Origin: Macrostomum hystrix
Lineage: Eukaryota; Animalia; Platyhelminthes
Reading direction: 5' to 3'
DNA length: 64,000 nt
Assembly (NCBI GenBank): GCA_950097015.1
Contig: CATNEN010000012.1
Coordinates: forward strand, 1,054,001-1,118,000
Of the stretch, positions 24,501 through 34,954 are shown one piece after another. A program made the position numbers and the translations under genes. How positions within the stretch are numbered: the first letter of the stretch is position 1; each line of letters begins with the position of its first letter. Below the pieces are notes generated by a model. The model was not told the DNA's origin, ran no database searches, and worked only from the letters and a program-made list of their open reading frames with translations.

Positions 24501-25449
24501 ATCTCCCCCGTGTCATATCACTCCCGTGTCTTATCTCCCCCGTGTCTCATCTCTCCCGTGTCTTATCTCCCCCGTGTCTTATCTCCCCCCGTGTCTCATC
24601 TCCCCCATGTCTTATCTCTCCCGTGTCTTATCTCCCCCGTGTCTTATCTCCCCCGTGTCTTATCTCTCCCGTGTCTTATCTCCCCCGTGTCTTATCTCTC
24701 CCGTGTCTTATCACCCCCGTGTCATATCACTCCCGTGTCTTATCTCCCCCGTGTCTCATCTCTCCCGTGTCTTATCTCTCCCGTGTCTCATCTCTCCTGT
24801 GTCTTATCTCTCCCGTGTCTCATCTCTCCCCTGCCTCATCTCTCCCCTTCCTCATCTCTCCCGTGTCTCATCTCTCCCCTGTGTTATCTCTCACCTATCT
24901 CATATTTCTAAAGTCAATGCGGCCCACAGTCGTCTTTTAGGTTCTCTCTTTTGCCCGCCTGATAATAAGTTAAGTATATGCCAATGCAGAACTCTAGTGA
25001 AGGTGAATAACCAGAGTTTCGCCTTCAGTTCTTCAATTGTCTCCTTCACAGGAACGAAAGAAGGCGGACATGATGACCGGCTGCCTGCTGTGCAATCGCA
25101 GCAGCTTCGAATTTGAGACAAAAGCTGCCGGGTTTTATCACCACGTGGAGAAAGAGCACAATATATGGGCCTATTTTTACTACCTGATCTACCTGTACCA
25201 GACCAAGGTCAACGACCTCACGGCGCTAGATTTGCACGTTGTCAAGCTGGTAAGTGGGAGTGAGTAGCAAGTTCGAAGGTATTCGCTTTTTAATAATTGA
25301 ACCTTTTTCAGTGGAACGAGAAGAGTCTGGAGTTCCTGCCGATGGGTCGAGCAATGTCCCTGGAGGACCAGAAGGCCGACCAGGATCAGTTGAAGATCCA
25401 CGCTATCGACGTCATGCTGCAGTGGCTTAAGGAGAGGAAGCACGAGCAG
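3596..25449 (+). CDS. ITPR: Inositol 1,4,5-trisphosphate receptor-like Ca2+ release channel (divergent), multi-exon, 3' end unresolved
   Basis: Phase-consistent GT-AG exons: 3596-3813, 4469-4545, 4634-4763, 5285-5691, 5958-6220, 7083-7167, 7780-8210, 8308-8433, 8521-8652, 8863-9402, 9483-9560, 9751-9975, 11083-12177, 12765-12947, 13395-13673, 14140-14324, 15642-15758, 16177-16700, 17366-17678, 18115-18271, 18592-18828, 20031-20784, 21071-21186, 21353-21660, 22594-23151 (one frame break), 23232-23410, 23494-23649, 25052-25249, 25312-25449; about 8.2 kb CDS, about 2,736 aa. IP3R-type motifs in the expected order: LIFEVTTVNRY, FGEILQLRH, LVRLCH, FWQVE, LLRFRHATTGMYL (MIR), KQKMMR, RIH-associated MSQMCDGQFRPLQNYLR, six TM segments, CETMFQC pore helix, NIIAGVILDKF (S6), CLLC...HHVEKEHNIW zinc motif, FLPMGRAMSL. 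Confidence 0.9.
3817..4450. repeat. 21-bp minisatellite filling IP3R intron 1
   Basis: (gacacttctgacattcctgct)n between donor 3814 and acceptor 4468. Confidence 0.92.
4989..5240 (+). mobile_element. tRNA-derived SINE, copy A (IP3R intron 3)
   Basis: Head gagTGGCGGAGCGGtc (A box) ...gtttgcctctcgcaccaagg; body and 3' end (gcagaattgcctcctcgctggctgcgg...gtgtcaccaaatgatgtgccattgcc) shared with other copies. Confidence 0.75.
6262..6988. repeat. 19-bp / 30-bp minisatellite (ctgttatcccctgatcctt)
   Basis: Direct inspection; intron 5. Confidence 0.9.
7428..7604 (-). mobile_element. tRNA-derived SINE, copy B (internally deleted, (ATT)n tail)
   Basis: Reverse complement has the same A box and a gctcgattcc B-box variant joined to the 3' end and (ATT)n tail. 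Confidence 0.7.
7610..7735 (-). mobile_element. Fragment of a second tRNA-type SINE
   Basis: Reverse complement contains ggtcgggaGTTCAAATCtcagcc (B box) followed by tgtccttgaggcagacac. Confidence 0.4.
10007..10716. repeat. 14-bp minisatellite (caatatgactgcca)
   Basis: Near-perfect array; intron 12. Confidence 0.93.
10808..11028 (-). mobile_element. tRNA-derived SINE, copy C (3' truncated)
   Basis: Reverse complement: gagtggcagagcggtctaacgcgtttgcctctcgcaccaag... plus body gatgagaaagtcagggcagatgtacac. Confidence 0.7.
12275..12722. repeat. 28-bp minisatellite (gacatcatccagatcctcaggttgggaa)
   Basis: Intron 13. Confidence 0.92.
13019..13335 (+). mobile_element. tRNA-derived SINE, copy D (near full length)
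   Basis: A box TGGCAGAGCGG, B box GTTCGATTC, shared body, ends ctcctgcaattattattatt. Confidence 0.8.
13713..14101. repeat. 26-bp minisatellite (ctcactactgacagtaggattggctg)
   Basis: Perfect array; intron 15. Confidence 0.93.
14372..15420. repeat. 21-bp minisatellite (tctttagattccctcagcgtg)
   Basis: Intron 16. Confidence 0.92.
15795..16055. repeat. (cccagt)n hexamer repeat
   Basis: Intron 17. Confidence 0.85.
16727..17331. repeat. Perfect 21-bp minisatellite (ggtcataactcggacacttcg)
   Basis: About 29 copies; intron 18. Confidence 0.95.
17690..17965. repeat. 13-bp G-rich minisatellite (ggggatggattag)
   Basis: Intron 19. Confidence 0.88.
20823..20995. repeat. About 26-bp minisatellite (tttctggagacgcttttgaactagga)
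   Basis: Intron 22. Confidence 0.85.
21720..22548. repeat. 36-bp minisatellite (gatcagctggtttctctcaaggtcaccaagtcagta) with recurrent insert unit
   Basis: Intron 24. Confidence 0.9.
24067..24972 (+). mobile_element. hAT-type MITE with minisatellite interior, right TIR degraded
   Basis: Starts CAGGGGTCGGCAAACtccggcccgc...; both ends homologous to the element at 31957-32636; interior is (gtgtc(t/a)tatctctccc)-type 16-mers. Confidence 0.7.
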
Positions 25450-26727
25450 GTAAGTCTGGCTTTGAGCAGAAAGATCTGTGAACTAACTATTTCTGCTAAA
25501 TCCCGCTAGCCCAGGCCCCATCTCACAAGCAACTATTGAGTTACGTAGGCCTGCTCAAAGCCCTGTGCATTGCTCGACTCTAGAATATGAAATGGTAATT
25601 ACTGGCTTATATAGAGTTTACGAAATCCCACGGGATTTAAAGGGGCCGAGTTATTGCCGCAGTGCAATTCTGCACTAGTTCAGAAGCTAATTTAGCACAA
25701 GCTGGAAAGTTTCCTTTTAATCAGCACGCGGCACTTGGCAGAAAGGCTGCAGTTTCCAATTATTTATTTTGCTAGACTCAAAAACCATACTGCAGCCCAT
25801 GAAATACATTACAGATTTATGACATAAATGTCGCATTGATAGCTGGCCAATTTTTCAGGGACAATGTTGTGACGCTGCATCAAAATTTGATGAATGGGAA
25901 GATGCATTTTGTTATATTGGTGAATGGAACTGTTGTAGCCATAGAAATACAATGCTAGAACACACCCGAGCGTGCCGTAACTCATTATAACTATATTTTA
26001 CCATATTATCTCCCTAAAATTTATGATCTTGTCTATACTACGCCGCCCCAGTATCTCAAGCCTGCCTATGATGTGGGATGAGAGACAGAGCGAGGGGAGA
26101 CAGAAAATAGGTTTAACAGGCGCGGACTGCGCTAAGGGACAGAGACAGAGAAGTAGGAGAAGAAACTACATATCGTCCGGGCCATTGCGTTTTATTGTAT
26201 GCGTGCGTGTCCAACCCGCTGTACATCCCCAACCCGAAGCCTTGCCCTCCCGTCCATCTCCACCCTTGAACTACGCGTGTATCTGGGCGAAATGGCCTTC
26301 GCCGAGAAACTATTGGCTGACAACTGACGGCCTAGAAATCCCATTTGTGTGTGCGACGGAGGTGAGGTGGATGGAGCCAAGACTGAGGGAGAGGGGAGGG
26401 GGTAGAGGGGCCATAGTGATGCACGCACACTGGCGGCAGTGATGCTACCTTGACTGCTGGTTGCTAAATGTGTGCAAACTAAAGAGAAACACTCGAGTTG
26501 AACGCAGGATTGGATTAAGTGTGCGCTCTGGTTGACGGGATATTTTGCCTAGCAGCTTGGCAAAAAATCGGATTCTTATCCCTATGTCCGAGCTGACATA
26601 AAAGCAAGACAGAAAGATACATTTTAAATTTTGCGAACGGCTCTCTGTGCCTCGCCGGGCGTAACAAAGCCTACAGGGCCCGTCTGTACAGAACAAGGCC
26701 AGCTTCAGAAGTGCACGACAGTCGGAG

Positions 26728-28152
26728 ATGCTCAGCCTTTTGCCGCCGCTGCTGCTGCTGCTGCTGCTGGCTAATCCGAGTCCGCAGTCGTTTCAAGTCG
26801 AAGCTGTCGCTAAGAAGACCATCTATGATGACCTGTTGAGCAGCGTGTTCGAAGGCTACAACCGGAATGCCATGCCGATCTGCGCGCTGGGTGACCGTCT
26901 CGAGGTCGGGCAGGACATGCTGCTGTACCAGCTGTTCGACCTGGACGAGCCCACTCAGATGCTCAGCGTGGACGTCTGGATTGAATCCACCTGGCGCGAC
27001 TGTCGCCTGTTCTGGGATCCCAAACTGTTTAACAACGTGTCCGAGTTCGCCATCAAGTCTGAGGAGCTTTGGTACCCGGATCTGATCTTCTACGAGTCGC
27101 TGCACGGCAACTTCGAGGAGGGCATGTTCATCTACGGCGAGTCGACCGCAAGGGTCCGCCACGACGGCTGGATCAAGCTGGGCGCGCAGGCCCTACTGAA
27201 GTCCTTCTGCCGCATCGATATCAGCCGGTTTCCTTACGACAGCCAGCGATGCAACATCACCTTCAGCAGCTGGACGAAGGACACTAGAAGCTTCTTACTA
27301 ACCCGCAAAGCTGGCGACACCAACGATCACGCTTTCGAATCGGCCAGCAATGGCGAATGGGAGGTGACCGGCTTCCCGGCGTTCACCCAGCAGACGCCAC
27401 GCCGAATCGGAGTTGATGAGGGCGGTGAGCCGGCCACCTACTCGGAGGTGGTGTTCCAGCTGCGGCTGCGGCGCAAGTACCTGTTCCACCAGGCGTACAT
27501 GCTGTTCCCCTGCATGCTGCTGGCCTGGCTGGCCGCCTTCGCCTTCTTCCTGCCCACCGAGTGCGGCGAGCGGATCGCCTACGCCACCACCATCCTGCTG
27601 TCACTGGTCGTGTTCCTGCTGCTCATCGCCGACAACATACCCCGCTCCGGAGACGCTGTACCAGTTCTGGGCGTGTACTTCTGCGTGACTGTCTGCCTGG
27701 TCAGCCTGGGTACAATCATGGTCATTGTGGCCTACAATGTCAGCCTGAAGTCGAACGATTTCTGCCCACCGGCCTGGCTGACGGCATTCTGCTACCGCCT
27801 CGGCCCGCTGGTCGGCTTCCGCCCCACGCACCACGGCGGCCGAGTTAAGCTGCTTTCCTTCCGCATGAATCCGCGCAATCCGACCCGATCCACCTGCGAG
27901 TCGGCCGAGGACAACGAGAACGATAGAAACGAAGAGGACAATGAAAACTCGACTATTCGCACGGAAGACACGGCGAAGCAGCCGACCAAGACCGGAGGCG
28001 GCGCCTGTCGCAATCCGCCACCAGACGGCGGAGTTGGCTTCGCCAACACGTGGCGCTACATGGGCATTGTGCTGGACCGGCTGTTCTTCGTAGCTTACTG
28101 CCTGCTCAACCTGGTGGCAACCGTCTGGATTCTGGCCTGTCGCGGCGGCTGA
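26728..28152 (+). CDS. Cys-loop ligand-gated ion channel subunit (nAChR/5-HT3-like, non-alpha, cation-type), intronless
   Basis: 474-aa ORF: signal peptide, WYPDL (loop A), Cys loop CRIDISRFPYDSQRC, FSSW (loop B), NGEW, M1-M3 with GER at the start of M2 (cation filter), M4 LDRLFF. No vicinal Cys pair in loop C. Confidence 0.93.
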   Translation: MLSLLPPLLLLLLLANPSPQSFQVEAVAKKTIYDDLLSSVFEGYNRNAMPICALGDRLEVGQDMLLYQLFDLDEPTQMLSVDVWIESTWRDCRLFWDPKLFNNVSEFAIKSEELWYPDLIFYESLHGNFEEGMFIYGESTARVRHDGWIKLGAQALLKSFCRIDISRFPYDSQRCNITFSSWTKDTRSFLLTRKAGDTNDHAFESASNGEWEVTGFPAFTQQTPRRIGVDEGGEPATYSEVVFQLRLRRKYLFHQAYMLFPCMLLAWLAAFAFFLPTECGERIAYATTILLSLVVFLLLIADNIPRSGDAVPVLGVYFCVTVCLVSLGTIMVIVAYNVSLKSNDFCPPAWLTAFCYRLGPLVGFRPTHHGGRVKLLSFRMNPRNPTRSTCESAEDNENDRNEEDNENSTIRTEDTAKQPTKTGGGACRNPPPDGGVGFANTWRYMGIVLDRLFFVAYCLLNLVATVWILACRGG

Positions 28153-29472
28153 CAACAGACGAGATCACAATGGTTTCAAAATATGTAGAGATTCACACGG
28201 GCATCTAACAACTATTTTCACATTTTGAATGCTAGTTTAAGAATGTTAGTTAGTTAAAATTCAATGTGGATTAAGAGAGCTCAATGAAAACTACGTTTTA
28301 GAGTCTATAAACTCAACCCCGGGGTAAAACTGGTCAGCAAGGTTCGAAGGAATAGTGAATTGGTAAATTGGCAATCAATCATGGACAGTGGGTGGTTAAT
28401 TATTGGTCGATCTCCCAGTGAAGCCGTGCTCAGTTCGATATGTAGAAAGAATTTGCTCAATCTTTGCTGAGACTAAAAGTGCGCGCACACACTGGCGGGA
28501 AGCGGTGGCAGGAAGTTTCATTACTCGTCAAATTTATTAGGGCCTGGTAGGGGGGAGTATTTATCGAGCAAGCACCGCTGATTCATCATACTCGTACCTC
28601 TAGTATTAGCAGTTCTGTCAATTAAGGCCCCAACCATATCATATACTACTATACGTTGCACTGTGTATCCTTTCTTTGGTCGCCTTGGCAACAGAGCATT
28701 CGCTATCGCTACTGAATTCAAGATTTCACAAGTTAATTTATAATATAAATATACACTGATGCACACCGCGTTCACGCTTCTATGACAGCCTCAAAAATCC
28801 AAATAAAAAAAATCGAGCCCCTGGTGACATTCACTTAAATTCTGCTGGTTAAACCAGTCAGTGCAATTAATCAGTGAAATAGATTCATAGCTCGTAATAA
28901 ATTAGCTGTGAATTTTCTACAGTAAAGCGATCCTTAAAAATGCCACGAGCGAGTTAGGAACTAACAGAAGTACCAGGGGGTCGACAAACATCCATGGCGT
29001 CAAGATATTCAACGATTCTAACAGGTCAATTGTTTCCCATTCGCACTGATGCATTCAGTACACCCCGTCAGCACTGCATCTCTGTACAGCCCTGCCAAGC
29101 ATTCCAATTTCACCATCTTGTCGACTTCCACATGCGTCTGCATCATCTCAGCCATTGGCGACTACAGGCCTTCGCCAAGTCGGAGCTTCTGCACCATCAA
29201 CGGGTGGCTTGAGCTGATTAAGCGCATTCAAATCTCACTCACCAAGCCCTGAAAAGTATTTTTAGCCAGTTGCAGTGACAAAGTCACTGGTGGCATGACC
29301 GACAATGTCGAGATAATCACGGTTTATAATCTAATTTATAATATAATTCCCCATCTTGCACACTTTCTACGAGTAACTTGTAACGAGTAGTTGAAGCTCG
29401 TGTGTCTGCCTACTTTAGCTAGTAAGTTTTGTTTGAAGGAAAATTAAGAAAAACAAAAAATATTCATTTTCT

Positions 29473-29621
29473 AGACAGTAAGCTCGAAAAGCTGTAATTT
29501 ACCATACTATAAAAGTACTATATAGTATAGTATAGTATAAGATTCGGCACCAAGCATCCAAATGCATGCGCTCAGTACCTAAAAGTGCACTTGAAACCGG
29601 AAACCGCCTGTCCTCTCGGCC
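29473..29621 (+). repeat. 149-bp direct repeat, copy 1
   Basis: Matches 31583-31731 with about 4 mismatches. Confidence 0.9.
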
Positions 29622-31552
29622 ACGGGAGAGACGAGACGAGACACGGGAGAGATAATTAGACGCAGGACAGATGAGACACGGGAGAGATAATTAGACGCAG
29701 GACAGATGAGACACGGGAGAGATAATTAGACGCAGGACAGATGAGACACGGGAGAGATAATTAGACGCAGGACAGATGAGACACGGGAGAGATAATTAGA
29801 CGCAGGACAGATGAGACACGGGAGAGATGAGACACGGGAGAGATGAGACACGGGAGAGATGAGACACGGGAGAGATGAGACACGGGAGAGATGAGACACG
29901 GGAGAGATGAGACACGGGAGAGATGAGACACTGGAGAGAAGAGACACGGGAGAGATGAGACACGGGAGAGATGAGACACGGGAGAGATGAGACACTGGAG
30001 AGAAGAGACACGGGAGAGATGAGACACGGGAGAGATAATTAGACGCAGGACAGATGAGACACGGGAGAGATGAGACACGGGAGATATGAGACACGGGAGA
30101 GATGAGACACGGGAGAGATGAGACACGGGAGAGATAATTAGACGCAGGACAGATGAGACACGGGAGAGATGAGACACGGGAGAGATGAGACACGGGAGAG
30201 ATGAGACACGGGAGAGATGAGACACGGGAGAGATGAGACACGGGAGAGATGAGACACGGGAGAGATGAGACACGGGAGAGATGAGACACGGGAGAGATGA
30301 GACACGGGAGAGATGAGACACTGGAGAGAAGAGACACGGGAGAGATGAGACACGGGAGAGATGAGACACGGGAGAGATGAGACACGGGAGAGATGAGGAA
30401 GGGGAGAGATGAGGCAGGGGAGAGATGAGACACGGGAGAGATAAGACACAGGAGAGATGAGACACGGGAGAGATAAGACACGGGAGAGATGAGACACGGG
30501 GGAGATAAGACACGGGAGTGATATGACACGGGGGTGATAAGACACGGGAGAGATAAGACACGGGGGAGATAAGACACGGGAGAGATAAGACACGGGGGAG
30601 ATAAGACACGGGAGAGATGAGACACGGGAGAGATGAGACACGGGAGAGATGAGACACGGGAGAGATGAGACACGGGAGAGATGAGACACGGGAGAGATGA
30701 GACACGGGAGAGATGAGACACGGGAGAGATGAGACACGGGAGAGATGAGACACGGGAGAGATGAGACACGGGAGAGATGAGACACGGGAGAGATGAGACA
30801 CGGGAGAGATGAGACACGGGAGAGATGAGACACGGGAGAGATGAGACACGGGAGAGATGAGACACGGGAGAGATGAGACACGGGAGAGATGAGACACGGG
30901 AGAGATGAGACACGGGAGAGATGAGACACGGGAGAGATGAGACACGGGAGAGATGAGACACGGGAGAGATGAGACACGGGAGAGATGAGACACGGGAGAG
31001 ATGAGACACGGGAGAGATGAGACACGGGAGAGATGAGACACGGGAGAGATGAGACACGGGAGATATGAGACACGGGAGAGATGAGACACGGGAGAGATGA
31101 GACACGGGAGAGATGAGACACGGGAGAGATGAGACACAGGAGAGATGAGACACGGGAGAGATGAGACACGGGAGAGATGAGACACGGGAGAGATGAGACA
31201 CGGGAGAGATGAGACACGGGAGAGATGAGACACGGGAGAGATGAGACACGGGAGAGATGAGACACGGGAGAGATGAGACACGGGAGAGATGAGACACGGG
31301 AGAGATGAGACACGGGAGATATGAGACACGGGAGAGATGAGACACGGGAGAGATGAGACACGGGAGAGATGAGACACGGGAGAGATGAGACACAGGAGAG
31401 ATGAGACACGGGAGAGATGAGACACGGGAGAGATGAGACACGGGAGAGATGAGACACGGGAGAGATGAGACACGGGAGAGATGAGACACGGGAGAGATGA
31501 GACACGGGAGAGATGAGACACGGGAGAGATGAGACACGGGAGAGTTGAGACA
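29622..31552. repeat. 16-bp minisatellite (gagacacgggagagat), same family as the MITE interiors
   Basis: About 1.9-kb array with no TIRs. Confidence 0.93.
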
Positions 31553-31582
31553 CGTTTTCTTTTCATTTTCCTTTTTTTTTCC

Positions 31583-31731
31583 AGACAGTAAGCTCGAAAA
31601 GCTGTAATTTACCATACTATAAAAGTAATATATAGTATAGTATAGTATAAGATTCGGCACCAAGCATCCAAATGCATGCGCTCAGTACCTAAAAGTCCAT
31701 TTGAACCCGGAAACCGCCTGTCCTCTCGGCC
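31583..31731 (+). repeat. 149-bp direct repeat, copy 2
   Basis: Matches 29473-29621. Confidence 0.9.
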
Positions 31732-31956
31732 TTGAGGGTCTCAACTGCCAATTCAATTGTCCTCGCTGGACAAGCTCGCAAGCTCGCAAGATTTCTCACA
31801 CCGATTTTCCAGATCGAGGAGCACAGGAAAAAGAAGAAGGAAGAGGAGCAGAAACTGTGGCGACTGCGCCAGTTGAAAAAAATTTCCGTGAGTTGAAAAA
31901 TTGCTTTAAAAAAGGCGCATCGTTTGTACTCTCAAAACTGTCCAGAACCTTTAAAA

Positions 31957-32636
31957 CAGGGGTCGGCTAACTTTTTAGCGAGCGGGCCACGGAGAGAACC
32001 TATAGGACGACAGCGGGCCGTATTAACTGTAGGAATTTGAGAAAGGGGAGAGATGACACACAGGATACATAAGAAATGGGAGAGATGAGAAATGGGAGAG
32101 ATGAGAAATGGGAGAGATGATAAATGGGAGAGATGGGACACAGGATAGATGAGAAATGGGAGAGATGAGAAATGGGAGAGATGATAAATGGGAGAGATGA
32201 TAAATGGGAGAATAAATGGGAGAGATGATAAATGGGAGAGATGATAAATGGGAGAGATGAGAAATGGGAGAGATGGGACACAGGATAGATGAGAAATGGG
32301 AGAGATGAGAAATGGGAGAGATGAGAAATGGGAGAGATGATAAATGGGAGAGATGATAAATGGGAGAGATGATAAATGGGAGAGATGATAAATGGGAGAG
32401 ATGATAAATGGGAGAGATGAGAAATGGGAGAGATGGGACACAGGATAGATGAGAAATGGGAGAGATGAGAAATTGGAGAGATGAGACACCGGATAGACGA
32501 GACAGGGGAGGGATGAGCCAGAGATGAGAATAGATAAGACTGGAGAGACGGGAGACACGGCAGAGATGACAACGGGCCAGATTTAGGGGCTTCGAGGGCC
32601 GCATCTGGCCCGCGGGCCGGAGTTTGCCGACCCCTG
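31957..32636 (-). mobile_element. hAT (Charlie-like) MITE with intact TIRs and 8-bp TSD
   Basis: TIRs CAGGGGTCGGCTAAC / GTTTGCCGACCCCTG; identical flanks CTTTAAAA at 31949-31956 and 32637-32644 (central TA). Confidence 0.88.
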
Positions 32637-33780
32637 CTTTAAAAGAAAATTATTCCTCTAAAAATTGCAGAGAGCATCGGGACTAATGGAAGCCGCCCAG
32701 TCCAATGCCTGACGTCACTGGTCGCTTTCAAAGTGGTTCTTATTTTTATGCGAAAAAAACCGAACTCCTTTTTATGATGGATTATCGAGAAGAATTTACT
32801 GTCTCTTTCGTGATATCAGAGCAATTTTAATATTTTTGTAATAATAGCTAGGATGAATATTTGTATACGAGCGTATATATAGAAGCCCTTTAGTAAGGTA
32901 GAAATTAGGGTGTCTTCACCAGTCCATGGACTGAACTGTGTTCACGTGTCAGAGACAGAGACACAAGCGTGTAGTCTTAGAATAGTTTAGTTTTCAAGCT
33001 TTGACTATGACGAATCTTTGAAGACATCTGTGAGCGGTACGGAATAGAAAATGATAAGTAGTCCTTGCTATCACATTGTCATATTGACTAGCCAACAGTG
33101 GGGCTCTGCCATAGACAGGAGCATTATTGCACTCTGACTGTTTAATAGTTTATTAATGTTAGATGATTGATTAATGGAAAAATCGATTATATTGTTTTAA
33201 TTCTAATAATCTCATCAAAATTGACGGACTTGTTAACAAGACTATGATGACAATGATGGCGTTTTATCAACAATACAAAACAAAAATGAATATTCCTTTA
33301 GCAGTGAAAAAGTATTTGTCTTTTAAGAATGCTAGATTATAAACAGATTGAATGTTTAATTCAATTTCATATTATTGCAATAAACACAAACAAAGCAACA
33401 AAAGGAGTTTTTGTTTAAATAAACTATTTCGTACATTCAATATAAATTAATGCAACGAAGGTTAGAGATCCATAAATGAAGACAGGTTTATAGAAAAAAA
33501 GCACATTTAGCTGTTTATTTATTGATTAGTTATAACGCATGGTAGTATAAAAACGGATTTCGATAAACAAAAATGAGCTTATGTATTGTAAACACAAAAT
33601 ATAATTAGTTTTTTAACCAGGTAAAAATGTAAAAACGTACAAATATAAGGTTATCTGCAATAGTTATAGACAGCAAAGTCTATTCTTATTCACAAGTCTA
33701 TTCTCACCTGTTCTCGACCTCATTTTTCATTTTCTTTACGATTTACCACTGAAATTCAGGAGGGTTGTTAACTCATCCCG

Positions 33781-34641
33781 CTACTGCTGCTGCTGCTGCT
33801 GCTGCTGATCCGATAGCAAAGCAGCTGCCGCAGCTGATCGCGGCAGAGGCGGCGGATTTAACAGCCAGGGTACCCAGTGGTATTTCCTATTGAGAATGCC
33901 GAACAGTGTGATTCCGATTGCGATAATCACTACGGCAGTGATGATTCTCACCTCAACCCGATCGAACATGCTCGCAAAGCCGGTCCAGGAGAACACGGAA
34001 TTAGTTGAATACATTTTAGAGCAGGTTGCGTATGAGAGCTCGTCCTCCGCGTTTGGACAATTGGATTTCAGATCGCAGAAACCGGTGCAAGGATAAGCGA
34101 ATTGCCAATTACTGCCGATGCTATACTTGGAACGATCGCTGTACTGGGTCAGGCTGCTGCTGTTGTTGTCGCTGCTGTTGCTGCCAGAAAACTGTCTGCC
34201 GCAACTGCAGTAGCAAAGCAGTGTGCAGTTGGAATTCGGGGAGTCGCAAATGCTCCCCTGGCTGGAGCAGGCGCCGCAGCTGTTGCAGGTGGCGTAGCGG
34301 TAGGCGCGCCGGTTCTTGGTGCCGGTGTAGCCAATCCGGACGCATTTCTGTTCAATCTCGTTGAAGCAGGCGCCGCCGCTGACAAATTCCGTTTCTGGGT
34401 CGACTTGAAGCCAGGCGCAGAACCGGTCCGGCCAGCGCTCCTGGCACAGGCGCAGGACGCCGGCCACTGTGCGCTCGGTCATTGGCAGGACGGCCAGATC
34501 ATCACCTGTAATATTTGAGTAGCCTGGGACACTGGAATTAGAACTTTTCGAGACGTGTTCGCTGCCGACAGTCTCGACGGCGAAAACCGCAGGCGACCTG
34601 ATGACAGACAGCAGCAGTAGCGGAGACAGAATTGGAAGCAT
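33781..34641 (-). CDS. Single-exon type-I membrane protein, Cys-rich ectodomain plus LDLa-like half module (paralog 1)
   Basis: 286 aa: signal peptide; LRLC..P..FCAW, CFNE, CxxCxxC, CYCSC; PCTGFCDLKSNCPNAEDE; TM RIITAVVIIAIGITLFGIL; short poly-Q tail. Motifs shared with ORFs at 36960 and 40294. Confidence 0.8.
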   Translation of the reverse strand: MLPILSPLLLLSVIRSPAVFAVETVGSEHVSKSSNSSVPGYSNITGDDLAVLPMTERTVAGVLRLCQERWPDRFCAWLQVDPETEFVSGGACFNEIEQKCVRIGYTGTKNRRAYRYATCNSCGACSSQGSICDSPNSNCTLLCYCSCGRQFSGSNSSDNNSSSLTQYSDRSKYSIGSNWQFAYPCTGFCDLKSNCPNAEDELSYATCSKMYSTNSVFSWTGFASMFDRVEVRIITAVVIIAIGITLFGILNRKYHWVPWLLNPPPLPRSAAAAALLSDQQQQQQQQ

Positions 34642-34954
34642 ATCGCCTGTTTAGTTATAGTGACGTCGACTGGAACTGGAACAGAGGGAACAGAAACGAG
34701 AATTTGTCATTTTGCAACGTCAATAATCCTATTAAATAACTGACTCGCAAGTAAGAAGTATTATTTAGGTGTTCTCAAATCTATCTAAAAATGTGCTTCT
34801 ATCTTCTTGTTTTGCTAAAAAGGCCAGAAAATAATAGGAAAATTTGAAAGCCATTAGAAAAAGCAACGCTTAATCGTTATTCCGTTAATAAAAAAGGTAA
34901 CGATTAAAGTACCTATTTTTTTGTAACGTTTATGATAATACTCATAATATTTGT

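Noticed and set aside
26023-26696. ORFs between IP3R and LGIC as independent genes
   Set aside because: No recognisable motifs and no coding-type composition; likely UTR or promoter.
29000-29250. Short GC-richer stretch with small ORFs on both strands
   Set aside because: No start/splice context or homology that I could support.
29726-32604. 600-aa ORFs of SPVSHLSRVSSLPCLI repeats
   Set aside because: 16-bp MITE-type minisatellite open in all frames on one strand.
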